Assembly (NCBI GenBank): GCA_016926405.1
Contig: JAFGOQ010000062.1
Location: 1-51,337, forward strand
Direction: 5' to 3'
DNA from: Bacteroidales bacterium
Lineage (GTDB): Bacteria > Bacteroidota > Bacteroidia > Bacteroidales > UBA6680
DNA length: 51,337 bases
Part shown: positions 18,080-27,587 of the stretch, one piece after another
Layout of the letters: each line of letters starts with the position of its first letter
How positions within the stretch are numbered: position 1 is the first letter of the stretch
Position numbers and translations under genes: made by a program
The notes under the pieces: model-generated
What the model was told of the DNA's origin: nothing
Seen by the model: the letters and a program-made list of their open reading frames with translations, nothing else
Database searches by the model: none

Positions 18080-18187
18080 ATCACAAATTAAAATGTAGCA
18101 ATATAACCCAAGTAATAAAACTATGCGCTAGCCTTGAAATTATCATCATAACTTAATAAATTCCGAAGCGAACAAAATAACATTACC

Positions 18188-18643
18188 ATGTCGCAGTCGT
18201 TATCACAGATATACATCCATCTAGTTTTTGGCACAAAAAACCGATTTCCTTTCTTGAATAACGCCATAAGAGAAAAGCTGCATATATACATTGACAATGG
18301 ATTGAAAGATTTAGATTCACCTGCCGTTACCATAAACTCGGTATTTGATCATATACACATTCTATTAAGACTATCAAAAACAGTAACCATTTCACAAATA
18401 GCCAAAGAGATTAAGGTATCATCGTCAAAATACATTAAACACCTTGATGGTGGAGTGCCAAACTTCCAGTGGCAAAAGGGTTATGGTGCTTTTTCGGTAA
18501 GTAGTTCAAAGGTTGACGTAGTAAAACGGTATATCCAAAATCAGAAAAAACACCATTTAGGAGCAAATTATAAAGAAGAGATGGAGACGTTTTTCGAGCA
18601 TTACAATATTAACGACTACGATTCTAAATATTTTTGGTCGTAA
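18188..18643 (+). CDS. IS200/IS605-like Y1 (HUH) transposase, possibly a REP-associated tyrosine transposase (RAYT)
   Basis: 151 aa. Contains IYIHLVFGTKNR, the HUH motif DHIHILL, and the catalytic-Tyr context RYIQNQKKHH. No TnpB/accessory ORF and no IS ends were recognised. Confidence 0.8.
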   Translation: MSQSLSQIYIHLVFGTKNRFPFLNNAIREKLHIYIDNGLKDLDSPAVTINSVFDHIHILLRLSKTVTISQIAKEIKVSSSKYIKHLDGGVPNFQWQKGYGAFSVSSSKVDVVKRYIQNQKKHHLGANYKEEMETFFEHYNINDYDSKYFWS

Positions 18644-18670
18644 AAGGCACACCTAAGTACCATACACAAA

Positions 18671-18699
18671 AAAACGCCCAACATAGAGTTGAGCGTTTT
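18671..18699. terminator. bidirectional terminator-like hairpin between convergent genes
   Basis: AAAACGC...GCGTTTT with an imperfect inner stem. Flanked by an A-run on one side and a T-run on the other. Lies between the + transposase gene and the - YfcC gene. Confidence 0.45.
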
Positions 18700-18723
18700 A
18701 AATATCATAAAAATTAATATTAA

Positions 18724-20319
18724 TTAAAATCCATTTAGTTGCATTGTAACTGTAGGAATTAATAATAAGAATCCAAGAATAATCATAGTAATCATTAGCG
18801 GACCAATCCATTTAACCCATTTGTCGTACGGAATACGAGCAACACCCAGAACACCAATAAGTACACCCGAAGTAGGAGTAATCATATTTGTAAAACCATC
18901 GCCAAATTGGAAAGCCATTACCGTTGCTTGACGCGATACACCAATAACATCGGAGAATGGAGCCATAATAGGCATTGTAAGAGCCGCCTTAGCCGATCCC
19001 GAAGGAATAATAATGTTAATGAAATTCTGAATTAAGTACATAATACCTACCGAGGCAATTTTACCAAAACCCTCCATGCTGCTAGCAAGGCTGTGAAGAA
19101 TAGGATCGATAATTTTACCCTCTTGCAGAACAATAATAATACCTCCAGCAAGTCCAACAATAAACGCTGCCGAAAGAATATCCTTTACCCCATCAAGAAA
19201 TAGTTTAGTAATCTTGTCGGCATGATAATTCATTGCTATACCCGAAGCCAAGCCCATTCCAAAGAACAGAGTAGCAATCTCCATTACATACCATCCGTAT
19301 CCCATTACACCAACAATAAGCAGAAGAATAGTGAACAGAAGAATGTTTAGAATAAAAAAGTGAACCGATTTGCGTAGACTAAGTCCGCCCATAATGGCAA
19401 ATAAACCAGCTAAAACAGGCATAACAGGTAAAATAGCCGCGTTATTACCAATCTCCATTTTTGTTTGTGGGAAGATAACTGCACATGTAACTAGAATAGA
19501 AAGAACAATTCCGTAAGTAATCCATGCCGAAATAGGAGTATAGTACTCAATATTTTCGGTGTCGCTATCGCCACGCTCGCGCCAATATTTATCTTCTTCA
19601 ACAACTAGCGATTTTTCTGGATTCTTTTTAACCTTGTTTGCATATCTAAGTATATATGCAATACCTACAACATTAATAACTAACCAGCAAAACAGACGAT
19701 ATTCGAAACCCGAGAATAGTTGCAAGTCGGAAAGACCTTGAGCAATACCAATAGTAAACGGATTTAAAATAGCTCCAGCAAAACCTAAACCAGCAGCCAC
19801 AAAAACAATAGCAGCTCCTGTTATAGAGTCGTAGCCCATAGATATTGCCAGCGGAACAAGAATAATAATAAAGGCAATAGTCTCTTCACTCATACCGAAA
19901 GTGGCTCCGAATGTGCTAAACATTATCATTATAAGAGTGAGCACAATGTTATTTACTCCAAGAGCTCTAACAAATTTTATCTTTTCTAGTTTCTTAGTGA
20001 ATTTTAAGAACGAGAAAATCCCCACATCAATAGCCTTGCTTTCGTTCATAATCCAGAAAGCTCCACCAATCATTAAAATAAAAACAATAATATCGGCTTT
20101 ATCGACAAAACCCTCGAAAAGAGCCGAAAATATTTGCCATGTCTGTGGCGAACTCTCAATTGAGTGGAACGAGTTGTCTACAATAATAGTGCGGTCAACA
20201 CCATTTACATTAACTGTTTGTCGTTCGTACTCACCACCAGGAATTACCCACGTTAGCATTCCTGCTAGAACAATAATAAAGAACACAATTACATATGTGT
20301 GCGGAATTTTCTTAAACAT
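18724..20319 (-). CDS. YfcC-family (DcuC/ArcD-like) membrane transporter
   Basis: 531 aa, polytopic. The N-terminus MFKKIPHTYVIVFFIIVLAGMLTWVIPGGEYER is characteristic of YfcC-family proteins. Confidence 0.8.
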   Translation of the reverse strand: MFKKIPHTYVIVFFIIVLAGMLTWVIPGGEYERQTVNVNGVDRTIIVDNSFHSIESSPQTWQIFSALFEGFVDKADIIVFILMIGGAFWIMNESKAIDVGIFSFLKFTKKLEKIKFVRALGVNNIVLTLIMIMFSTFGATFGMSEETIAFIIILVPLAISMGYDSITGAAIVFVAAGLGFAGAILNPFTIGIAQGLSDLQLFSGFEYRLFCWLVINVVGIAYILRYANKVKKNPEKSLVVEEDKYWRERGDSDTENIEYYTPISAWITYGIVLSILVTCAVIFPQTKMEIGNNAAILPVMPVLAGLFAIMGGLSLRKSVHFFILNILLFTILLLIVGVMGYGWYVMEIATLFFGMGLASGIAMNYHADKITKLFLDGVKDILSAAFIVGLAGGIIIVLQEGKIIDPILHSLASSMEGFGKIASVGIMYLIQNFINIIIPSGSAKAALTMPIMAPFSDVIGVSRQATVMAFQFGDGFTNMITPTSGVLIGVLGVARIPYDKWVKWIGPLMITMIILGFLLLIPTVTMQLNGF

Positions 20320-20542
20320 AAAAATTGATTTTTTTTTGAAATTTCACCAAAGTAAATAAAAATAGGTCATTAACTCTTTATGTTTTTCAATTTTGTAGAA
20401 ACAAGGTGCATTAACTTACATATTATAATCAATCTTATCATTTTGTAAACACTTATAATCAGGCGATTTGTGAATAACTGTTTTTTAATGATTATGTGGT
20501 ATGTTTTTTAATATCCTTTCTTTCTATAACCACAATTATTAG

Positions 20543-20550
20543 TAATTTTG
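20543..20550 (+). promoter_or_regulatory. candidate -7 promoter box (TAnnTTTG) for hutI
   Basis: TAATTTTG lies 24 nt upstream of the ATG at 20575. Motif match only. Confidence 0.35.
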
Positions 20551-20574
20551 GACACTTAAAACAAAACAACTATT

Positions 20575-21825
20575 ATGATACTTATTACAAATATCAAGAA
20601 GTTAGTTCAGGTTGAAGAGCAACCACGCAAATTGGTTGCTGGAGCCGATATGGCTAAACTTGATTGTATTGAAAATGCCTTTTTACTTATAAAAGACAAT
20701 CTAATTGAAGATTTTGGTTCGATGAATGAAATCGAAAGGATTGAAGATAAGCTTGATGATGATTGTCTTACAGAGTTAGACGCTACAGGCAGAATGGTTT
20801 TCCCTTCGTTCTGCGATTCGCACACACATCTTGTATATGCTGGAAGCCGCGAAATAGAGTATACCGATAAAATTAAAGGTTTGTCGTACGAAGAGATAGC
20901 TAAGCGTGGCGGTGGTATCCTTAATTCGGCTCAGCTTCTTCATAATACAAGCGAAGACGATTTGTATGAGCAGTCGTTAGAGCGTATTAAAGAAATTATT
21001 GAGCTAGGTACTGGAGCTGTTGAAATAAAGAGTGGATACGGATTAACAGTTGAAGACGAGGTTAAAATGCTTCGTGTAATTAAGCGATTAAGAGAGACAA
21101 CACCTATTATTATAAAATCGACATTCCTTGGTGCTCATGCTGTTCCTGCCGAATATAAAGGTCGTCAGACAGAGTATGTTGATTATATTATAAATGAGAT
21201 GATTCCTGCTGTGGCAGCCGAAGACCTTGCTGATTTTGTCGATGTTTTCTGCGATAAAGGATTCTTTACTGTTGAAGATACCGATCGTATTCTTATGGCA
21301 GGCATGAAACATGGTATGCGTCCTAAGATTCATGCTAACGAACTTGACTACTCTGGTGGTATTCAGGTAGGAGTTAAGTACGATGCTCTTTCTGTTGATC
21401 ACCTTGAGTTTACTGGCGATGCCGAAATAGAGTCGCTACTTGCTTCGGAAACAATGCCAACACTTCTTCCTGGTGCAGCTTTCTTCCTAGGAATGATTGA
21501 TCCACCTGCTCGTAAGATGATTGATGCTGGTTTACCACTTGCTTTAGCTTCTGATTTTAATCCAGGTTCGTCGCCATCGGGTGATATGAAATTTGTTATG
21601 TCGTTGGCTTGTGTTAAAATGCGTCTTCTTCCTGAGGAGGCTATTAATGCAACAACAATTAATTCGGCTTATGCAATGGGTGTTTCAGATATTGTTGGAT
21701 CGATTGCCAAAGGAAAGATTGCTAATGTGTTTATCACAAAAGAGATTCCTAGTATTGAATATATGCCATATGCCTACACAACTAAATTGGTTGATAAGGT
21801 GATTTTAAATGGAGAGATAATGTAA
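20575..21825 (+). CDS. hutI: imidazolonepropionase
   Basis: 416 aa. Amidohydrolase metal motif FCDSHTHLVYAGSR, plus GGGI, KSGYGL, HANE and ASDFNPGSSP blocks typical of HutI. Confidence 0.9.
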   Translation: MILITNIKKLVQVEEQPRKLVAGADMAKLDCIENAFLLIKDNLIEDFGSMNEIERIEDKLDDDCLTELDATGRMVFPSFCDSHTHLVYAGSREIEYTDKIKGLSYEEIAKRGGGILNSAQLLHNTSEDDLYEQSLERIKEIIELGTGAVEIKSGYGLTVEDEVKMLRVIKRLRETTPIIIKSTFLGAHAVPAEYKGRQTEYVDYIINEMIPAVAAEDLADFVDVFCDKGFFTVEDTDRILMAGMKHGMRPKIHANELDYSGGIQVGVKYDALSVDHLEFTGDAEIESLLASETMPTLLPGAAFFLGMIDPPARKMIDAGLPLALASDFNPGSSPSGDMKFVMSLACVKMRLLPEEAINATTINSAYAMGVSDIVGSIAKGKIANVFITKEIPSIEYMPYAYTTKLVDKVILNGEIM

Positions 21826-21869
21826 AGAAATCGAATTTGGATCTCTTCGTATCTGATACAAATTAAACT

Positions 21870-22325
21870 ATGAGGAAATATAACCTTGATAAAATATTTG
21901 GAACTGCTGGAACTGCTGCCGGAATGCTGTTGTTTATAGTGGGACTTTATGTTTTATTATCATCGTTTATCGGATTAGTTTTAGTTTTTATTGGAGCTTT
22001 TATTGGATTTACTTATACAAGCACTTTGCTAGATGCCGAACGAAAACGAATAAAATTATCGAATAACTTTTTTGGTATTATTCCTTATGGTAATTGGATA
22101 GAGATTCGACCCGAGATGAAAATTGGATTAAAAAGAAATCATAGAGGTTATAGAGTGTACAGTAAAAGTAACAGGTCAATTGATTCTCATAATATTGATG
22201 TAAGGATAATTCTTTACGGTGGAGATAATGAGGAGATTATACCTGTTTGTAAATTTAAATCTATTGAATCGGCAAGAGAAGAAATTGAAAAGTTGAGAGC
22301 ATTATTGAATTTAGAGATTAAATAA
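21870..22325 (+). CDS. hypothetical small membrane protein
   Basis: 151 aa with two N-terminal hydrophobic helices. Sits between hutI and ftcD on the same strand. No family recognised. Confidence 0.5.
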   Translation: MRKYNLDKIFGTAGTAAGMLLFIVGLYVLLSSFIGLVLVFIGAFIGFTYTSTLLDAERKRIKLSNNFFGIIPYGNWIEIRPEMKIGLKRNHRGYRVYSKSNRSIDSHNIDVRIILYGGDNEEIIPVCKFKSIESAREEIEKLRALLNLEIK

Positions 22326-22395
22326 AGTGTAGAATGCTCTATTTGAGCATCTCTACTGTAAAAAAAATAACAAAACAAAACATATAATAAATACG

Positions 22396-24093
22396 ATGAA
22401 AAAATTAATTGAATGCGTACCTAATTTCAGTGAAGGTGTTGATATGACTATTATCGACAAAATTACTGATGAGATTAAAAAAGTTGATGGAGTAAGTCTT
22501 ATAGACGTTGATCCAGGAAAAGCAACCAATCGTACTGTAGTAACAATTGTTGGTACTCCCGACGAAGTAATTGAAGCTGCTTTCCAGGCTGTTAAGAAGG
22601 CTCAAGAACTTATCGATATGCGCAATCATAAAGGTGCTCACCCACGTTTTGGTGCTACTGACGTTTGTCCATTGGTTCCTGTTTCAAACATTACTATGGA
22701 AGAGACTGTTGTTTATGCTCACAAACTAGCAAAGCGTATTGGTGAAGAGCTTAATATTCCTGTTTATTGCTATGAAGCAGCTGCTCGCGAAGCTAAGCGT
22801 AAGAACCTTGCTGTTTGTCGCGAGGGTGAGTACGAGGCTGTATCGCGTCGTATTGGTACTCCAGAGTGGAAGCCAGATTTTGGTCCTGCAGAGTGGAACG
22901 AGAGCGTAGCAAAATCGGGTGTTACTGCAGTTGGTGCACGTAACTTCCTTGTTGCTTATAATGTAAACTTAAATACAACATCTACACGTCGTGCTAACGC
23001 TGTTGCTTACGATGTTCGCGAGCGTGGTCGTGTTAAAACTGTTGATGGAACACCTAATGGTAAGCCTGTATTAGATGAGAATGGCGAGAAAGTTTGGGCT
23101 CCAGGAATGCTTAAATCAGTTAAAGCTATTGGTTGGTTTATCGAAGAGTTTGGTATTGCTCAAATCTCTATGAACCTTACAGATATCTCTATTACATCTA
23201 TGCACGAGGCTTACGAAGCTGTTTACGAGCGTTGTAATGCACGTGGATTACGTGTTACAGGATCGGAAATGGTTGGTGTTGTGCCATTAAATGCAATGCT
23301 TGAGGCTGGTAAATATTTCCTACGTAAACAAAATCGTTCGTTAGGTATTTCTGACCGCGAGATTATTAAGATTGCTGTTAAGTCGTTAGGCTTAGACGAA
23401 CTTTATCCTTTCGATCCAGATAAAAAGATTATTGAGTATATTCTTGAGAACGAAGAGAAAAAAGGTAAAAAGCTTATCGATATGAATCTTACTGAATTTG
23501 TTCACGAAACAGGTTCTGAGTCGCCAGCTCCAGGTGGTGGATCGATTGCTGCTTATATGGGTTCTATGGGATCGGCACTTGCCACAATGGTTGCTAACTT
23601 ATCGTCGCACAAAGCAGGTTGGGATGCTCGTTGGGAAGAGTTCTCAAACTGGGCAGAGAAAGGTAAATTCTACCACGATGCACTTCTTAATCTTGTTGAT
23701 GCCGATACAAACGCATTTAACAAAATTATGGATGCTCTTAGCTTGCCAAAATCTAATCCAACAGAGGTTGCTGCACGTAAAGAAGCTCTTCAGGCAGCAA
23801 CTAAATTTGCTATTGAAGTTCCATTTAAGACAATGACATTATGTTACGAGTCGATGGAAGTTATTAAAGCAATGGCTGAGATTGGTAATCCAAACTCAGT
23901 AACTGATGCTGGTGTTGGTGCTCTTGCTGCTCGTAGTGGTGTTATTGGTGCTTATTACAACGTTAAGATTAATACAGGAGGTTTAGATGATAAAGCTTAT
24001 GTTGAAGATATTCTTGCTCGTTGTAAAGATATAGTAAGCAAAGCTATTGCTCTTGAAGCTGAAATTATGGCTATTGTAGAAAGCAAAATATAA
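22396..24093 (+). CDS. ftcD: bifunctional glutamate formimidoyltransferase / formimidoyltetrahydrofolate cyclodeaminase
   Basis: 565 aa. N-terminal IECVPNFSEG and HPRFGATDVCP (formiminotransferase). C-terminal ~210 aa with SESPAPGGGS (cyclodeaminase). Confidence 0.9.
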   Translation: MKKLIECVPNFSEGVDMTIIDKITDEIKKVDGVSLIDVDPGKATNRTVVTIVGTPDEVIEAAFQAVKKAQELIDMRNHKGAHPRFGATDVCPLVPVSNITMEETVVYAHKLAKRIGEELNIPVYCYEAAAREAKRKNLAVCREGEYEAVSRRIGTPEWKPDFGPAEWNESVAKSGVTAVGARNFLVAYNVNLNTTSTRRANAVAYDVRERGRVKTVDGTPNGKPVLDENGEKVWAPGMLKSVKAIGWFIEEFGIAQISMNLTDISITSMHEAYEAVYERCNARGLRVTGSEMVGVVPLNAMLEAGKYFLRKQNRSLGISDREIIKIAVKSLGLDELYPFDPDKKIIEYILENEEKKGKKLIDMNLTEFVHETGSESPAPGGGSIAAYMGSMGSALATMVANLSSHKAGWDARWEEFSNWAEKGKFYHDALLNLVDADTNAFNKIMDALSLPKSNPTEVAARKEALQAATKFAIEVPFKTMTLCYESMEVIKAMAEIGNPNSVTDAGVGALAARSGVIGAYYNVKINTGGLDDKAYVEDILARCKDIVSKAIALEAEIMAIVESKI

Positions 24094-24127
24094 TATATAG
24101 ATACCTTATTTATATGGTATAACTTGA

Positions 24128-24156
24128 AAGCCGCTCCATTTTGGAGCGGCTTTTTT
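24128..24156 (+). terminator. rho-independent terminator of ftcD
   Basis: GCCGCTCC (24130-24137) / GGAGCGGC (24143-24150), followed by T6. Confidence 0.8.
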
Positions 24157-24278
24157 ATTGTAGCAGATTTATTGTTACATGTATGTGTCGGATTCTTGTT
24201 GTTGTGTAGGCTTATATTAGTGTGAGTAATTATTAAAGCTTAATTGAAAGAGTAATTGGCCAAATTTGTGTTGTGCTA

Positions 24279-24314
24279 TAAAAAAATCACCCTGCCAAAG
24301 TTGACAGGGTGATT
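24279..24314 (-). terminator. rho-independent terminator of the C1 peptidase gene
   Basis: AATCACCCTG (24285-24294) / CAGGGTGATT (24305-24314). The A-run on + (24279-24286) is a T-run on the - strand after the hairpin. Confidence 0.75.
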
Positions 24315-24338
24315 TTATACATTATATATAGGTGTAAA

Positions 24339-25532
24339 TTATAGACCTAATTTCTTTCTGATGTTTTTTGGAATGCTATTCTTGTTTACAAGTATAGACA
24401 TTGTTTTAAACTGCACAAATGATTTTGATGCATAGAAATATCCATCGTATACGTTTGACTCTCCCCACGAGTTTTTAATTATGTAAAACTGGTTGCCTTT
24501 TTGGTCAAGAGCAATTCCTTCGATAACCATTCCGTGGTCGTCAGTAGTTGTGTAATTGTCAAACTCTTCTTGACGAAGTTCTTGAGTAATCACTTTCTCT
24601 GTAGTAGGACCAGTGATATCGTAAAGTTGCTTTGCTTTTTCTTTTGCAGATAGTCCTTCCCACTTAGATTTTTCAGAATCTGTAAGGTCGTCTAATTTCT
24701 TTTCTGGAACAAGAGCAACACCTTTGTTATATTTAAAGCCCTTTTCGCTCACATCGGCAGCCCATGCAACAGCATATTCGTTTTGAATAGCGTTATCAAT
24801 AACTTCCATCATTTCGTTAAGCGGAAGATTGTAAACCGATCCGTACGACCAGTTGTCTGGTACCTCAATGATAAAAGGCTTATAAAATGGGTGATGAGTG
24901 TACGACGAAATCATTACGTAATCGTCGGCATTAATACCAAGTTCTTTAGAGAAAGATTTTGGAGTGTACTCTTTACCATTATATGAGAAAGTATTTGGGT
25001 ATTCGCCAAGATAAGCGTCAAGAATACCATTCATTCCTTTTACCCATGCGGTAGATAGTTTTTTGTTTTTGTTTTTTAAAACAGCGTCAACATATCCTTT
25101 AAGTACTGCGTCCATTTCGCCATGTACGTGTCCATCTTCACCGTATTGTAATCCTTTGTATGCTGATTCAGGAACAATACCATATTTAGCAATAGTGTTA
25201 ACTACATCCTGAAAAGAACCACCACCACCAAAGTTAAGGCTACCATGAAATCTAACATATTTTTCTCCTTTATCTGCGTATGAGTTTCTTACAACAAACA
25301 TCTCCGAAAGGTCAAATTCTCCTTTACCCATGCGAAGTAATTCGTCTTCGAAAAAGCTAAGCCCCGAAAAGCTCCAGCAAGTACCCGAACGATGTTGATT
25401 TTTTACTGGAGTTGATTTAACTTGCTTTACAACTTTAAACTCGAATCCTTCTTCTTTTTTCTCCTCTTGTGCATTTGCTGCATTTGGAAGTAAAAGGGCA
25501 ATCATGCCAAGTCCTAGAATTAATTTTTTCAT
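24339..25532 (-). CDS. secreted C1-family cysteine peptidase (aminopeptidase C / bleomycin-hydrolase-like)
   Basis: 397 aa with a signal peptide (MKKLILGLGMIALLLPNAANA). Catalytic Cys context NQHRSGTCWSFS. C-terminal DHGMVIEG...IKNSWG (His/Asn region). Confidence 0.85.
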   Translation of the reverse strand: MKKLILGLGMIALLLPNAANAQEEKKEEGFEFKVVKQVKSTPVKNQHRSGTCWSFSGLSFFEDELLRMGKGEFDLSEMFVVRNSYADKGEKYVRFHGSLNFGGGGSFQDVVNTIAKYGIVPESAYKGLQYGEDGHVHGEMDAVLKGYVDAVLKNKNKKLSTAWVKGMNGILDAYLGEYPNTFSYNGKEYTPKSFSKELGINADDYVMISSYTHHPFYKPFIIEVPDNWSYGSVYNLPLNEMMEVIDNAIQNEYAVAWAADVSEKGFKYNKGVALVPEKKLDDLTDSEKSKWEGLSAKEKAKQLYDITGPTTEKVITQELRQEEFDNYTTTDDHGMVIEGIALDQKGNQFYIIKNSWGESNVYDGYFYASKSFVQFKTMSILVNKNSIPKNIRKKLGL

Positions 25533-25845
25533 TTTTTATTATTGTTTTGTTGATATTCTAGTTGCAAAGAAAATAAACTTCTTAATAAATAGTTGTTTTT
25601 TGAATAGATTTAAACTTTTTTTTGACTTTTTGTGCTAACATTATGAAATGTGTATTTCATAGGGGTGTGTTTTGTGTTAAGAAAATCTTATTAACATCAA
25701 GAAAATTAAATTGTTGATAAGATGTTTATATCTACATGAGTAAAACAACCTTCGTAACAATGACTTTGTGATTAACTTGATATTATGGTTGATAAACTGT
25801 TGAATTTAATTGACAAGTAAACGGTGATTTATATCATTATTTTTC

Positions 25846-25853
25846 TAAGTTTG
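25846..25853 (+). promoter_or_regulatory. candidate -7 promoter box (TAnnTTTG) for the TPR gene
   Basis: TAAGTTTG lies 24 nt upstream of ATG 25878. It falls inside the longer track ORF that starts at 25824, which argues for the 25878 start. Confidence 0.35.
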
Positions 25854-25877
25854 TATAAAGCACAAAACAAAAAAACC

Positions 25878-27293
25878 ATGATTGATAGAGTAGAAGATAA
25901 TTTTGGAGATGATACTTTCTTTACTTCGGTAAGAAAATATGAAAAAATGGTTGAGGATAAGACACCTTGTTTTTTTGATGTTTTTGAGTTTGAAGATATC
26001 TTAGGGTATTATTTAAACGGAGAGGAAACAGATAAGGCAAAAGAAGTTTTAGATTTGGCTAATAGTATTCATCCGCAAGCTTTGTCGTTACGTATCAGAG
26101 AAGCTCAGTTGTTGTTAAAAAACAACGAAGCCGAGCAAGCAACGGAATTACTTAAGCTTGTAGAGTCTATTGATTCAACTAATCCTGATGTGTTTTTATT
26201 AAAAGGATGTGCTTTGGCACAAATGCAGCAATATGCAGATGCTCAAATAGCCTTTGATTCGGCAATTGCTTTGGCCGAGGATGATATTTCGAGTGTAGCT
26301 TGTACTATAGCCGAAGTTTTTGAGAGTGAAGGCAAATATAAACGCGCCTTAAAATACTTTTTAATGGCTCTTCATGCTGATCCTACTGAATATTCTTTTC
26401 ATAACGATATAGCATTTTGTTGCGATAGAATAGGAAACTATGAGAAGGCTATTTTTCATTATAAAGCATTTATCGATGAAGAAACATTTTCTGACAATAC
26501 ATGGTTTAATCTTGGGTTTGTTTACAGTAAATCAAATGATGTTGAAAATGCTTTGGAGGCCTATAATTATTGTTTAGCAATAAATGAAAATCATCCATCG
26601 GCTCTATTTAATAAAGCAAATATTCTGATGTCTAAAGATCAGTATGATGAGGCAATAGAGATTTTTAATCAGTTTTTAGAGCTAGATTCGGCTAGTGCTC
26701 CTGCTTTATGTTACATAGGCGAGTGTTACGAAAAACTTGGTCAAACAGATTTGGCTATGCAGAATTATCGTAAATCTCTTAGAATTGATGAAGAGTTTTC
26801 AGATGCATGGCATGGTTTGGCTAAGATAATGTTCTCAAAAGAGATGTACGAAGAGGCTATTCATTATACTGAAAATGCGATTGGTTTAGATCAAGATCAA
26901 GTTTCTTATTGGGCTTTACTTGGTGATATTAGTGTGTCTAAAAGAGATATGGATAAAGCCATTAATTCATATAAAAATGGATTAATGTGTGATTCTAAAT
27001 GTGTCGATTTGTATGTTAAAATTGCAGAAATAAGCTTGCAAGAAGATAAATTTTCTGATGCTTATAACTATCTAAAAGATAATTATAGTAACCTTAATGA
27101 TAGTGCTGACGCAAATTATATTTTGGCAGCTTGTTCGTATAAAATTGATGATATTCAAAACTCATTAGTATATTTGGAAAATGGTTTATCCTCTGACTTT
27201 ACAGGAAGTAGTAGGTTTTTTAATGTTGTTCCTGAGTCGAGATTAAATAGTAAGGTTACTGATTTATACGAGATATATAAAAATAGAAATTAA
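25878..27293 (+). CDS. tetratricopeptide (TPR) repeat protein
   Basis: About 471 aa from ATG 25878. Multiple 34-aa TPR-like units (e.g. AWHGLAKIMFSKEMYEEAIHYTENAIGLD, YWALLGDISVSKRDMDKAINSYKNGL). Confidence 0.75.
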   Translation: MIDRVEDNFGDDTFFTSVRKYEKMVEDKTPCFFDVFEFEDILGYYLNGEETDKAKEVLDLANSIHPQALSLRIREAQLLLKNNEAEQATELLKLVESIDSTNPDVFLLKGCALAQMQQYADAQIAFDSAIALAEDDISSVACTIAEVFESEGKYKRALKYFLMALHADPTEYSFHNDIAFCCDRIGNYEKAIFHYKAFIDEETFSDNTWFNLGFVYSKSNDVENALEAYNYCLAINENHPSALFNKANILMSKDQYDEAIEIFNQFLELDSASAPALCYIGECYEKLGQTDLAMQNYRKSLRIDEEFSDAWHGLAKIMFSKEMYEEAIHYTENAIGLDQDQVSYWALLGDISVSKRDMDKAINSYKNGLMCDSKCVDLYVKIAEISLQEDKFSDAYNYLKDNYSNLNDSADANYILAACSYKIDDIQNSLVYLENGLSSDFTGSSRFFNVVPESRLNSKVTDLYEIYKNRN

Positions 27294-27296
27294 ACA

Positions 27297-27392
27297 ATGA
27301 TTTTAGAGTTGCCATTTTTACTTAAGCGAGATAGCAAAACTCGTGATAGTGGTTTAACAATGGTAATAGACAAAGGCTTGGGCTTTATATAG
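27297..27392 (+). pseudogene. 31-codon remnant resembling the N-terminus of phosphosulfolactate synthase (ComA/YitD family)
   Basis: MILELPFLLKRDSKTRDSGLTMVIDKGLGFI* resembles the family N-terminus as I remember it (LxLPxR..KPR..GxT.v.DkG.). The reading frame ends inside a 13-bp palindrome. Confidence 0.35.
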
Positions 27393-27587
27393 GCCCAAGC
27401 CTTTGTTAAATTATAGTTGAGTATATTTAAGATAAAATTTTAAGTTAGACTATATATAAGATTTAACAGGTCTGTATATTTAATTTGGTTGGTGCAAAAT
27501 TAATTATTGACCTTAGCAAACAATTTTTGATTTAAAGTTTACGTTTGAGTGAAGATGCATTTTTTACAATATATCTAATTAATAAAT

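Noticed and set aside
17971-18156. A 61-aa ORF over the REP-like units upstream of the Y1 transposase.
   Set aside because: It starts at GTG inside the repeat, and its sequence (SEGLC... repeated) mirrors the DNA repeat. It is very likely spurious.
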